Source of the DNA: Rebecca billardiae RCC1528
Lineage: Eukaryota; Protista; Haptophyta
Assembly (NCBI GenBank): GCA_965240325.2
Contig: OZ251244.1
Span: 992,001 to 1,056,000, forward strand
DNA length: 64,000 nucleotides
Direction of reading: 5' to 3'
The notes below the pieces were generated by a model that was not told where the DNA came from, did no database searches, and saw nothing but the letters and a program-made list of their open reading frames with translations. Of the stretch, positions 43,501-54,011 are shown piece by piece. Each line of letters opens with the position of its first letter. Position 1 is the first letter of the stretch. Made by a program: the position numbers and the translations under genes.

Positions 43501-43747
43501 TGAGCAGCTTGCTCAGCAGCATCGCCAGCAGGAAGAGCACGTTGATCGACGCGAGGTCGATCGTCGCCATCGACCGGAAGAGCATCGCCGGCAGCGCGAC
43601 GAACGAGACGAAGTGCGAGAGGGCCGCCGAGTCGAGCTCGGGGTGGCTCACGCCCGTCGTGTACCCGACGAGCAGCACGCTCGCCTGCACGCCGAGCACG
43701 CGCAGCAGCACGAGGCTGTCGCCCGCCGGCTGCGCGTCCGCCGCCAT
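40529..43747 (-). CDS. GPR155/LYCHOS-like protein: PIN/AEC-family transporter domain fused to an extra multi-TM domain
   Basis: AEC (Mem_trans) motifs FVSFVALPAMLFRSMA, NDIAFGMP, QSLAVNPLLF, TALFTLG, IKLAVVP, IYGLLPTAP. About 7 further hydrophobic segments follow, ending in HGQGLLTALAF. Confidence 0.75.
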   Translation of the reverse strand: MAADAQPAGDSLVLLRVLGVQASVLLVGYTTGVSHPELDSAALSHFVSFVALPAMLFRSMATIDLASINVLFLLAMLLSKLLTAALGGLVTARLLRGSRLCSVGLGGLLATCGNDIAFGMPLMQALLPSLTGQVVLLSALQSLAVNPLLFALMDLDASKPPPKGGVSAAPSTAMLSSLMASLAFGAGTSAPRALRAAAAASAASDADDGSGSGRRSAASLEAVPAQCDGTGGAGSERAAPPLRAERAADAAERGCCAPLRPAELRALDGGEPADEVGAVDASDSTDSLLGLLAAVDAQPLRPRPLGGGGAAGRATASGRAGSDRDEDEEDASRGAVPREPARARRARRLRAALEPLARAASVLCSTGLSLVTNISTVAVAAGLALNLHYNLRTLRHDLDDLGATTTGAAPGGERRALPRFADEVLGVLGGAFPGTALFTLGLSLARPAGAARSAAAAAGARAEQQLGWLAVAALVVIKLAVVPVVSYGLTQLVPARGGGGGGGGALPGPAAWSSLAWIYGLLPTAPWIAALATAYDHHPEIASRAIAITLGASFPLILGSSAVLMAMDAEGLRAVCAAFSSGCLVASLGACAALALPAAARGAVRAVCPAARAKLARAARAAGASRWVRALGGAFEGCRLLPAPALVLLRAQLLFSALCLLCSRAAASAPGSATHRCLWALANAARLSSLLLTFRLGGGGGGAEQQRAERGGEGFGSERSLLSAGSAGALAPTTGGMPSQTGGHGDDTPPGAAGERSGPRGAAEPLLPSRAARAPGRRSAALLAAARAVLVEGSPSGGAARRPRPAFAAAAATTAAAARPWRPRCSRAAALIGALCALGTLPFALRPPAPPPRALMPEYMYSIWIIGGVPQLAFELAFNLCALVLAALAAGAVLSRSAAAAGAADASARTLPAAPSAQYAGDAASRRGAAGAADADGGSFTAPAPGGGAVGRHGARTSRREAMRQLAQADGCVPELVVLASLGVRLVLQTALFASELGAWAQAGSAGAGEKMSTAGSAGVLVWLLCIALAHGQGLLTALAFAARAVETPPATRLPPPAFQRRGSDLFAVMHH

Positions 43748-44003
43748 GGCCTACAATATGACGCGTGATGCGGTGACGGCCGGGCAAATTGCAAATTCGC
43801 GGGCCTTCGGCGGGCTTCGCATTGTCAGCTTCGAACTCGCTGCCACTGCAACACTTGAATCACGTTGCAACAATAAGCGGAAAGTCATCATGTGAAGCCG
43901 CGGCGAGGACACGGACGAAAATAGCGGCAGGCAGCCACGGTTCGACTCCACGACTCTGGCGCCGGCCCGCGCGCCACACGGCGCGGCGGGTGCGGCCGCG
44001 CCC

Positions 44004-44384
44004 CTAGCGCGGCTGGCGCGGGAAGTTGAGCGCGGCCCTCGCCACGCCCGCCACCCCGCGCGCGCGCGCCGACAGGTACTCCGCGCTCAGCGCCTCCGCC
44101 GTGTTCTCGGACGCGCGCAGCTCGGCGACCAGCCCTCTGATCGTCGCGCCGAACGCGTCGGACAGGCGCTCCTCCATCACGGCGCGCTCGCGGCGCTCGG
44201 CGGCGAGCTGCGCCTCGAGCGAGGCGAGCCGCTCGGCTACGGTGGCGCGCGAGGAAGAGAGGAGGAACGAGAGCCGTGCGTTCTCCTCGCGCAGCCGGCG
44301 CGCGTCGTTGCGCGCGTCGCGCGCATCCGTCTCGAGGGCGCGCATCGCCGAGCGCATGCGCGCGAGCTCGGCGGCGGCGGCCGC

Positions 44385-44415
<31 letters not shown>

Positions 44416-45444
44416 GCGTCGGCGGGCTCGTCGGCGTCGGCGGCGTCGGGCGCGTCAGCCTCGCCGTCCGACTCCGCGTAGCCCTCGAGCTCGGCGTCGG
44501 CGTACGCGTGTTGCAGCTCCTCCAGCAGCACCTGCGCCGCCTTGGCCGCGCGGCGCAGCACGTTGGCGCGCACCGACTCGCCGAGCGTGATTCGCTTGGT
44601 GAACGTCACGTCGGCGAAGACGGCGACGTCGACGAGCTGGAGCATGGCGCCGTCCGGGGCGGCGGCGTCGAGGAGGGCGGAGGCGCTCGGCAGCGTCGCG
44701 TCGCCCTCGGAGCGCGCGCTGCCGCCGCCGCCGCCTGCCGTCGCGGCGGCGCCCGCGCGCGGCAGACAGGGCGCGCTGCCGGCGGACGGCGGCGCGATCG
44801 GCGGCGGAGTGGCCGAGCGGCCTCGGAGCCGCTCGGGGTCGGCGGGGGCGGGCGGCGCGGTGCGGCGCGAGGCCGGCGGCGCCGTGGGCGGCGGCGGCGG
44901 CACGGGCGGCCTGCCACCGCCGCCGCCGCCCGCGCCCACCGCGCTGAACACCCACACCTCCTCCAGCGCCGCGTGCTTTCCGCTCGGCACGTCAAGCGAC
45001 TGCGCGCGCCGCTCGAGCACGAGGGTGGTCGGGGAGAGCGTGTGCAGCGCGTGCGCGACGGAGACGGAGGTCTCCGCGGGGAGGAGCGGCTTGGGCGGGA
45101 GGCGCATGCGCATCTGCACCTCCCGCCGCACCGTGCGCACGCCCGACGCGCCGCCCTCCGCCGCGCCCTGCCACTCCCCAGCCTGCACCTGTTCGTATCC
45201 CATGCGGCGCGCGAGCCGGCGGCCAAACGCTCCGCGGGGCTCGTCAATCTCACGGAGGGCCTTCCGGCAGAAGGAGAGCGGCACGGCGAGGCGCTGGCGG
45301 CAGGCGAGCTCGCGCGCGTCTGGCGCGCCGCGGAGCGCGCTCACGCCCTCGGGCAGCGCGGGCTGCGTCGGCGCCGCGCTCTCGGCCGCGCCGCCGCCGT
45401 CGGTTGAGGGCGCGGGCGACGATGATGGCCGCTGCTGCCGCTGC

Positions 45445-45477
<33 letters not shown>

Positions 45478-45626
45478 AGCTGCTGCGCGACGCTGACGCT
45501 CGGCACGCCGGGCGCGGCGCCGGCGGGCAGCAGCGGCGACGCCTCCCTGGGCAGGCTCGAGCCCGACGCCCCGGGGAAGCTGCCGCCGCCCGTGGACGGC
45601 GCGCGGCCGCCCGCCGCGCGCGGGCT

Positions 45627-45694
<68 letters not shown>

Positions 45695-46421
45695 GCTGCG
45701 CTGCAGACGACACTGAGCCTGCGAGCGACGAGTCGTCGTCCGAGCACTCGCTCCCGCCGGCGGCCGCGCCGCCGCCGCCGCCGCCGCCGAAGAGCGCGCC
45801 GAGCCGCGCCCGCGGGCCGTGCCGCTTCGAGCCGCTCGTGCTCCCGCCCTCCGACGGCGGCTGCGCCAGCGCGGGCTGCGCCTCGCGCAGCCAGCGCGAA
45901 CTGACCGTCAGTCGCAGCCGGCCCGCGCAGTGCTCGAACGCGAGGTCGAGGTCGGCGGGCGCGGAGGAGACCGAGGCGATGGTGGCGAGGTCGAGCGGCG
46001 CGACGAACTTGCGCACGCCCGACCCCGCCGGCGCGTGCAGCTTGAGCACGAACGTGCTCAGCTTGGGCGCGCACCGGAGCGCCGCCAGCGACTGCCCTGC
46101 CGCCGCCGGCCCGGCGCCGCCCGTCGGCGCCGCCGCGTAGAGCGTCGCGACGAGCGAGGCGGGCCCTTCCCAGCGCGCGCCGTGCGCGCGCGCCGAGCCC
46201 CCGCGCGCGGTCGCGCCCACCTCCACCTCGCCCAGCCGCACCTTGTGCGGCCCGCGCACCCACGTGAGCGCCGCGCGCGTGCCCGGCGCCGCCGGCACGT
46301 CGAGCGTCGCGGCGAGCTGCTCGCACGTGAAGAGGAAGCGGAGCTTGGCCGAGCCGGAGATGGGCCGCGTGAGCCGCTCGAGGATCGCGCCGCGCGCGCG
46401 CGCCTCGGGCCGCTCGGCCAT
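44004..46421 (-). CDS. NT-C2 + VASt (StARkin) domain protein with C-terminal coiled coil
   Basis: NT-C2-like N-terminus (LTWVRG...ARWEG...ATLY...PKLSTFVL...LDLA...LRLTVSSRWL). VASt-like region (RREVQMRM...LVLERRAQSLDVPSGKHAALEEVW). Also poly-G and poly-Q linkers and a heptad-rich C-terminus. Confidence 0.75.
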
Positions 46422-46840
46422 GCCGACGACCGCGTGGGTTTCGTCGGCGTTGGCCACGCCGCCGCCGCCGCCGCCTTGGCCCGACGAGTTGCTTGCTTTC
46501 GCGCCGGGCTTGATCCTCTTCGGTGCTCTGTGCACGCTACAAAGCACGATGGCGGAACGGCCACGACGGCGCGCTGGACATCTCGAGTCGTCTGTCGACT
46601 CGATGGCACTGCTCATCAGCAGCACGGCCATCACGCGAGTGCCTCGGCACTCGCACTCCCACGCGTCGGCCACTCAACACGTCGGCCATGCTGCGGCAGC
46701 AGTACGGTGCAACTTGCGGCCCCGGCAGGCGGGCGGGCACCGGTAGGGCGCGGCGTTCGCGCGGCGCGCGGCCTCCAGCCGGCGGAGGGCTCGCCGCCGA
46801 GGCGAGGCCGCGTGCCCGCTGCACGGCCACCGGCCCGCGC

Positions 46841-48977
46841 CTAGTCCGCCGTGCCGACGAACGACGGCGCCGCCTGCCGGTACACGCCCGCGTCCGCGTC
46901 CGCGAACGCGCGCTCCGCCTCCTCGCGGTGCCGCGCGCGCCACTCGTCGTCCAGCCGGTCCGGGAGCTCGCCCATCGGCCCGGACGGGCGGAAGGAGTAG
47001 AGGTAGGCGAACTGCGCGGGGAACACGAGGTACTGCAGCACCGGCTTCCAGAAGAAGGTCAGGTACGACTTCCAGTTGGTGCCGCGCGCGTCGTGCGGCG
47101 ACCAGGGCGTGTCAAACAGGTTGATGATCAGGTCAGACGCGAGCCGAGATAGAATCTGGACGACGGCGGTGCGGCCGATGCGCGCGCGGTAGTAGGCGGC
47201 GAGCGCGGCGCGCACGCGCTCGTCCGCGCTCCCGCCCTCCTCCGCGCCCAGCGCGAGCGCGAGCTCCTCCGCCAGCACGTACGCGTCCTCCACCGCCTGG
47301 CAGCCGCCCTGCCCCAGGTTGGGCATCATCGGGTGGACCGCGTCGCCAAGCAGGGTGACGCAGCCGTCCGTCCACGAGCGGAAGAGCTCGGGGCGGCGGT
47401 CGTACAGGTCGCGCTGCTCGACCGACTCCTCGGGCGTGAGCGAGAGCACGTGGTGGATCTCGTCCGACCAGCCGGCGTGCAGGCCCTGCGGGCAGCGCCG
47501 TGCCGCGCGCGCGCGAGCGCGCACGCGCCGTCAGCGACAGGCAGAGGCGCGCGCGCGGCGCGGGGCGCGGGGCGCGCGCCGCGGTGCGTACGGCGGCATG
47601 GAGCGCGCGGCCAGGTGCACGCACACGCGCGCGCCGGGCGGCTGCCATGCCGCGCGCTGTGCGTGGGCGCGTGCCAGCGAGGCTCTCATTTTTGTATTCA
47701 TTTCGCGCCGTTTTTTTTTGTGCGCACCTTGAGATAATCGAGAACCGAGTCGGGGCCCGCGCCGTCGGCGCCGGGCGCGCCCGCGGCGTCGGTGCCCCAG
47801 CCGCTGCGCGCGCGCTTCATGCCGGGCGGCGTGGCGAAGAAGGCGTACCTGCCGTGGCGCGCGCGCGCGGGCGCGCGGGCGGGGCGCGCGGGTGGGCTGA
47901 GCTGAGCGAGGCGCGCGCCGCGCGGCCGGCCCCCGCCTGGTAGTGGTAGTGGTAGGGTTTAGGGTTAGGGTTAGGGTTAGGGTGGGTTAGCCCCCGCGCC
48001 TAGTGCAAAGGTGCGCGCGCGCCGCACCACTGCACGCGGCCCTGCCCGACGTCGGAGGTGACAAAGTAGCGCTTCGGCCCGATGTACACCTTGTACCCGG
48101 TCTCGTAGTAGTCGGGCAGCCGCATCACCGCCTCGCCCGCGTACACCGTGTAACCCGAGTAGGTGCAGCCCTGGCGGGTCGTGCCGCCGTCGCGCGGCTT
48201 CTTGAGCTCCTCGCCGTACATCTGCGCGCGCACGGAGGACCAGATGCCGTCGGCGCCGACGAGCGCGTCGTGGCGCACGGTGCGCCCGTCGGAGAGGCGC
48301 ACGTGCACGCCGCCCCCCGCCCCGCCCTGCTCGTACCCCAGCACCTCCACGCCGTTCCGGATAAAGTCCGGCTTGAGCTCCGCGCACGCCGCGAGGAGCA
48401 GCTCCTGCAGGTCCGGCCGGTCGATCACGCCCGTGTACGGGAGGCCCCACAGCTTGGCGCACGCGCGGAGCGGGAAGCGGACGTACCAGTCGGCGCGCTC
48501 GCTCGGGTCCCACAGGTACGCGAGCGAGTCGCCGCCCAGCTGGAAGCCCGACGCGCGCAGCCCGTCCTTGATGCCGCACGCGCGAGTGCCCGTGAAGGTG
48601 AACTTGCTGAGCACGCGGCGGAAGAGCGGCTCGTCGACGGCGTGGAGCGTGGAGAGCGCGTTCGAGGCGAACTGGATGGGCCCGCCGAACCGGCGGAACT
48701 CGTCCGTCCGCTCGTACACCGTCACGTCGATGCCCTTCTTCAGCAGGCAGAGCGCGGTGCACAGGCCGCCGACGCCGCCGCCCGCGACAGCGACGTGTGC
48801 GCGCGGCGCGCCGGATGCGTCGGCGGCGGCGTCGGCGGCGGCGAGGCGCGGCGCGGCGCGCGCGCCGACGCGGCGCGCCACGCCGCGGAACATCGGGCGC
48901 GCCACGCTCGCGCCGCCCGCCACCGCCGCCGCGCAGCACGCGAGGACCGCCACGAGTGCTGCGCCCATGGCGGTCAT
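46841..48977 (-). CDS. ZEP: Zeaxanthin epoxidase (FAD monooxygenase), plastid-targeted
   Basis: Motifs VAVAGGGVGGL, FGGPIQFASNAL, GIKDG, TGVIDRPDLQ, LVGADGIWSSVR, YSGYTVY, RYFVTSDVG, LLGDAVHPMMPNLGQGGCQAVEDA, with a signal-peptide-like N-terminus. Introns at 47849-48027 and 47486-47727. Confidence 0.92.
47938..47990. repeat. Interstitial telomere-like repeat within a ZEP intron
   Basis: (TGGTAG)3 followed by four perfect TTAGGG copies at 47959-47982. Confidence 0.85.
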
Positions 48978-49316
48978 TTAATGAGCGCGCTTTCCCGGGT
49001 CGGTGGGCGAGCTGAAAAGCGATGACCAGCCGAACGAAGGCGGGTAAAACGGGCCTGATGCCCAAGGAGGCAAGGACTTACGACTGCTCAGGTACATTCG
49101 TGCGTATTCGGACATATATGGATTCGCGAGTGCCCGCGCGAGAACTCTCCCGCCGTCGAGCGTCCGAGATGAAGCGTCACCCTGCCGCCGCCGCTGCGGG
49201 GCGCGCGCCCGGACCAGGGCAAGCGAGAGCTCCTGCTTGCTTTGCTGGCAGACGCGCTGTGTGAGCAAGCGGCCTGCTGCTGCACGCCGCGCGCGGGGGT
49301 GACGGCAGTCGGCGCG

Positions 49317-51032
49317 ATGCTGAGCGCGTGTGCGACGGCGATGCGCGGGGTGGCGCGCGCGCCGCGCGGCGGCGCGGCGCACGCCTCGGCGCGCGCCACG
49401 CTCGCCGCCGCGCGGCGGCTCTCCTCCGAGGCCGTGCAGCGCGCGGCGCCGCCACTGCCCGAGTTGCCCGACCTGCACGCGGCCGACGACGGCGCGGCAA
49501 AGGACGAGGGGCTGAAGCCGCGCGAGGTGGTGAAGCAGCTCGACCGGTACATCATCGGACAGGCCGACGCGAAGAAGGCCACCGCCGTCGCCATCCGCAA
49601 CCGCTGGCGAAGGCTGCAGGTGCCGCCGCCGCTGCGCGATGAGATCACACCAAAGAACATTCTCATGATCGGACCCACCGGCGTGGGCAAGACGGTGCGC
49701 GCGCGCGGCGCGCGCGCGGCGCGCGTGGCGCGCGCGCGTGCTCGCCTCACGCCCCGCCCTCCCCGCCCGCGCCCGCCGCCCGCCGCCGCGCAATCTCGCG
49801 CGCAGGAGATTGCGAGACGGCTCGCCAAGCTGATCGGCGCGCCCTTCATCAAGGTCGAGGCCACCAAGTTCACCGAGGTGGGGTTCGTCGGGCGCGACGT
49901 GGAGCAGATCATCCGGGACCTGGTGGACCACGCCATCCTGATGGTCCGCGCGCAGCTCGTCGAGAAGAAGCGCGCCGAGATCGCCATCAAGGTCGAGGAG
50001 AAAATCCTCGACCAGCTCGTCGGCGAGAACTCGACGACCAACCGCGACTCCTTCCGCGGGCTGCTGCGGCAGGGGCTGCTCGACTCGCGCACGATCGACG
50101 TGGAGGTGCCCGAGCCGCGCCGGCAGTCGGGCTTCGACCCCGCCTCGCCCAATGGCAACTCGCAGCCCATGAACGAGATCATCCTGCGCTTCGACAAGCT
50201 GCTGCAGCAGGGCGGCCGGCGCTCGGAGCGGCGGCAGATGACGATCGCCGAGTCGCGGCCGGTGCTGGAGGAGGTGTTCTCGGACAAGATGATCTCGGAC
50301 GAGGACGTGAAGAAGGCGGCGGTGCACGCGGTCGAGCAGGAGGGCATCGTCTTCATCGACGAGATCGACAAGATCTGCTCGCGCACCGAGTACCGCGGCT
50401 CGGCGGACGCGTCCTCGGAGGGCGTACAGCGAGATCTGCTGCCGCTGATCGAGGGCTCGACCGTCTCGACCAAGCATGGCAACATCAACACGGACCACAT
50501 CCTCTTCGTGTGCTCGGGCGCGTTCCACCAGTGCAAGCCCTCCGACCTGCTCGCCGAGCTGCAGGGCCGCCTCCCCATCCGCGTCGAGCTGCAGCAGCTG
50601 TCCGAGGACGACCTCTACCGGATTCTGACCGAGCCGGAGACGTCTTTGGTCAAGCAGCAGGTGGCGCTGATGCAGACGGAGGCGGTCGAGCTGAGCTTCA
50701 CGGACTGCGCGCTGCGCCGGATCGCGCAGCTCGCCGCGCAGGTCAACCGCGACGTGGAGAACATCGGCGCGCGCCGGATACACACCATCATCGAGCGGTG
50801 CGCGCGCGCCGCGCCGCCGCGCCGCGCCGCGCCGCGCCCGTGCCGCGCCGCGCCGCCGGGCTGAGCGGTGCGCCGGGCGCGCGCGACGGCGTGTGCGCGC
50901 AGCGTGATCGAGGAGATCTCCTTCTCGGCGTGCGAGCACGTGGGCGAGGAGATCGAGGTGGACGCCGCCTTTGTCGACCGGCAGGTCGGCGACATGGTGA
51001 CCAAGACAGACCTCTCGCGCTTCATCCTCTGA
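49317..51032 (+). CDS. hslU: HslU (ClpY) ATPase subunit, probably mitochondrial
   Basis: Motifs [101 protein letters not shown]. Arg-rich presequence. Introns at 49695-49805 and 50798-50902. Confidence 0.96.
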
Positions 51033-51653
51033 GCGGGAGATCGCAACCTCCCCGCGAGATCGCAATCTCCCGCGCGCGGGGCGCGCGAGCGGGTCGGCGC
51101 GCGCCGGCGGGGCGGGGCGCAGCAGCTGCCGGCCGCGTGCCGCTCGGCCGGTGCGCCCCGCTGCGCGCCGGCTCCAGGGGCGGCGCATGCGCTCAGTGTG
51201 CTGGCCGCGATCAATCGCCAGCGGCTGGCATGGCCGCCGCGCTGCCGTGCACGCGGCCCGTCTTGTCCGCGGCCGCGGTCGCTTGACGACGCTCTGGTTG
51301 CGCGCGCACTGCACAGCCGCGGACCGCGGCGCCGCCGTACCGACGGCGGGCTCCGCGCGGCCTCCGCTCACGGCTCGCCGCGGAATCGTGCCGCGTGCGC
51401 GCGTGTCAAGGCTGACGGAGTGAGGCAGTGAGCACGTACGGCGATTGGCCCGCTGTCGGACGGTCCGCCAGCCAAGGCTTAGGCAGCCAACGGCCCGACG
51501 GGCACCTCACAGACTGGCTGCCGCGACCGCGTCTGCGCGGTCCGGGTCGGTGACGGTTGGCACTCGCGCTGACGGCCCGACGCAGACGATTAGCCGCGCT
51601 GATGCGCGCGCCGGCCAGCTGTCCGCGTGCTGCTGAGACTAACTACATGCGTA

Positions 51654-52659
51654 TCCCCTTACCGCAGTTCACTTTGCTTCGTATGGTAAATGGTTCAAGC
51701 AAAGTTGACGGCGTCCGCTGAGGGCGCCCTGCGGCCAGTCAGGGCGCCTTTGGGCGCTGAACGCCGCATGACACTGTGCAGGCATGGTCTAGCTACCCTC
51801 AGACAGCCGCCAGACTGGTCCCTCCAGCTACAATGCCTCCACGATGGCATCGCGCGGCAGCGCGCCGCGCTGCCGTACGGGCGTGTCGTGCCCGCCAGGC
51901 TGGCCGTGTGCCCGCGACACCCGGCTGCACGCCTTGCAGCTGCTTCAGGCAGGTAGGCGATCGGTCGAGATGGCTGTAGGCGGTGTACGTACTGCACGCG
52001 CTGGTCTGCGCGCGTTCACCTGACTCGTCGCGCTGAACTCACTCACCTGCCAGTCGCGCGTGACACGCTTGGCGGCTTGCCGCACGAAGCAGCCGCAGGC
52101 CGCGCGCGCGGCGTGATTGCCGAGTGCAAGTCAGCCAGGAGCTCGGCGGGATGGGCGGTCATGTTTCTTCGTCTGTTTCGGTGTCGATCACATGCGCGAC
52201 GCGCGCGCCCCGCTGCGCAAGTACACCCTCCTCATCGCCGACGTCACACAGGAAGCCGCATGATGGATCTCGAGCTCGGAGAGCAGCGTCCGAGCACCAC
52301 AGGCACTGACTGGCAGCCCGAGAGCCGACCGGCGGGTGACGTCCTTCACCCCGCCTGATGCGGTACCGCGTGCGGCACCATACCGCAGCGATACGAGCAC
52401 CTCAGAGGCGAACTGAGCACCCCTCAAAACTTTGCTTCTGGGCGTGCTCAAACACTCGTTTGGCACTCCGTTTGGACGCCGTGGCACCGGAGAAGGGGGA
52501 GGGCGGCGGCGATGAGGCTCGGGTGGCCCACGAACATGCTCACGAAGATGCCTCTCAGCCATCGCGCGCCCTCTCGCGGCGTCCACCTGCCCGCCGAGCA
52601 CGCACCCGCGGGGGCGAACCCATCTTTGCTTCGTATAGAAGCAACCTGCGGTAAGGGGA
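51654..52659. mobile_element. Non-autonomous TIR element (Tc1/mariner-type TA target duplication)
   Basis: Perfect 14-bp TIRs TCCCCTTACCGCAG (51654-51667) and CTGCGGTAAGGGGA (52646-52659), each flanked by TA. CTTTGCTTCGTAT occurs just inside both ends. No transposase ORF. Confidence 0.8.
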
Positions 52660-52779
52660 TACGTCGTCACGCACGCACTACAATAATTGCGCATGCATCA
52701 TCAGGTTTCGTCATCGATAGCTACCAGCTCACAGCATGGCGGCGGCCGCCCGCCGCTAGATGAGGCCCCTGCGCGAGAG

Positions 52780-53974
52780 ATGCTCCCGGCGGCGCTCTGC
52801 GCCGCGGCGCTGCTCGGCGCGCCGCGGCCCGCGCCGCTCGTGCCGCCCGCCGACCTCGGCCCACGCCCTCGCATCGGCGTGAGCGAGCTCTTCCGCAATC
52901 TCTTCGTCGCGCCGCCGCCGCGCGCAGGCGGCGCGCGCGGCGGCGGCGGGCGGAGCGGCAGCGGCGGCGCGGACGCGGTGCTGCGGAGCGCGGCGTGCAA
53001 GGCGCGCCGCCGCTTCGCGCCGTGGCTCGCCGAGCCCCCGATGCGCGCGCCGCGCGGCCGCGCGCTCCTGCCGCCGATGGCGGCGCTGGCAGCGACGATC
53101 CTCTCTCCGTCGCGGCTCTTCAACGCGTCGCGCCGGCTGTGCGCCGGGCGCGGCGGCGCGCTGGTCTCGCGCGCGCGGGGCGCGCCGCCCGACTTCTGCG
53201 TGCACGCCGCGCTCGACGGCCCCGGCCCGCCCAAGCTCTTCGACCAGTACTCGCACGAGCGGCTCATCCTTGCGCGCGCGCTGCGGCGCGGCGCGCCCGT
53301 CTGCGGCGCGGGCGCGCGCACGATCGGGGCGCTGCGCGCGGCGGCGGAGGCGGACGCGCCGGGCTGGTGCGAGGTGGACGTGGTGCTCGTGCCGTCGGCG
53401 AGCCTCCACTTCTACGCGGTCGGCGGCGCGCAGTCCGAGTGGCGCCAGGGCCAGTGCGTCACGCGCGCCGTGGTGGCGCGCTATTGGTCGGCCGTCGCGG
53501 CCGTCTACTTGCGCCCGGCGGCGCGCGCGGCCGGCGGCGCGCGGCTGGTGGTGGTGGTCGAGCCGCACGCGTGGACGAGCGAGGCGCAGACGGCGAGCCT
53601 CGGCGCGCTCGCCGCGCTGCGCCCCGAGGCGCGGGCGCGGCTGCTCCTCGGCACGACCATGAGCTCGATGCCGCGCGGCGCGCGCGCACTGTTTGGTGGC
53701 GCGCGCGGCGGCGCGGGGTCGGGCGGCGCGCGCGACGGCGCAGGTGGCTCGGGCTGGGGAGGCGGCTGGCGCGATGGCGCGGAGGAGGAGCTGGAGCGGC
53801 GCGAGGCGCTGCTCGGCGCGGCCGCGGCCGCGTCCGCGCAGCCGCCCGCGCACTTTGGCGGCGGCCCGCTCCTCGTCACCGTCCCCTACTACGTCGGCGT
53901 CGAGCGCGCCGCCGATTGGAGCGCCGCCGATTCGACCGCCGCCGGTGCCGCCGGCGGCGGCGGCGACGATACCG

Positions 53975-54011
<37 letters not shown>

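Noticed and set aside
45430-45690. (CTG)n and (CCG)n triplet runs
   Set aside because: They encode ordinary poly-Gln and poly-Gly linkers of the NT-C2/VASt protein, common in this genome.
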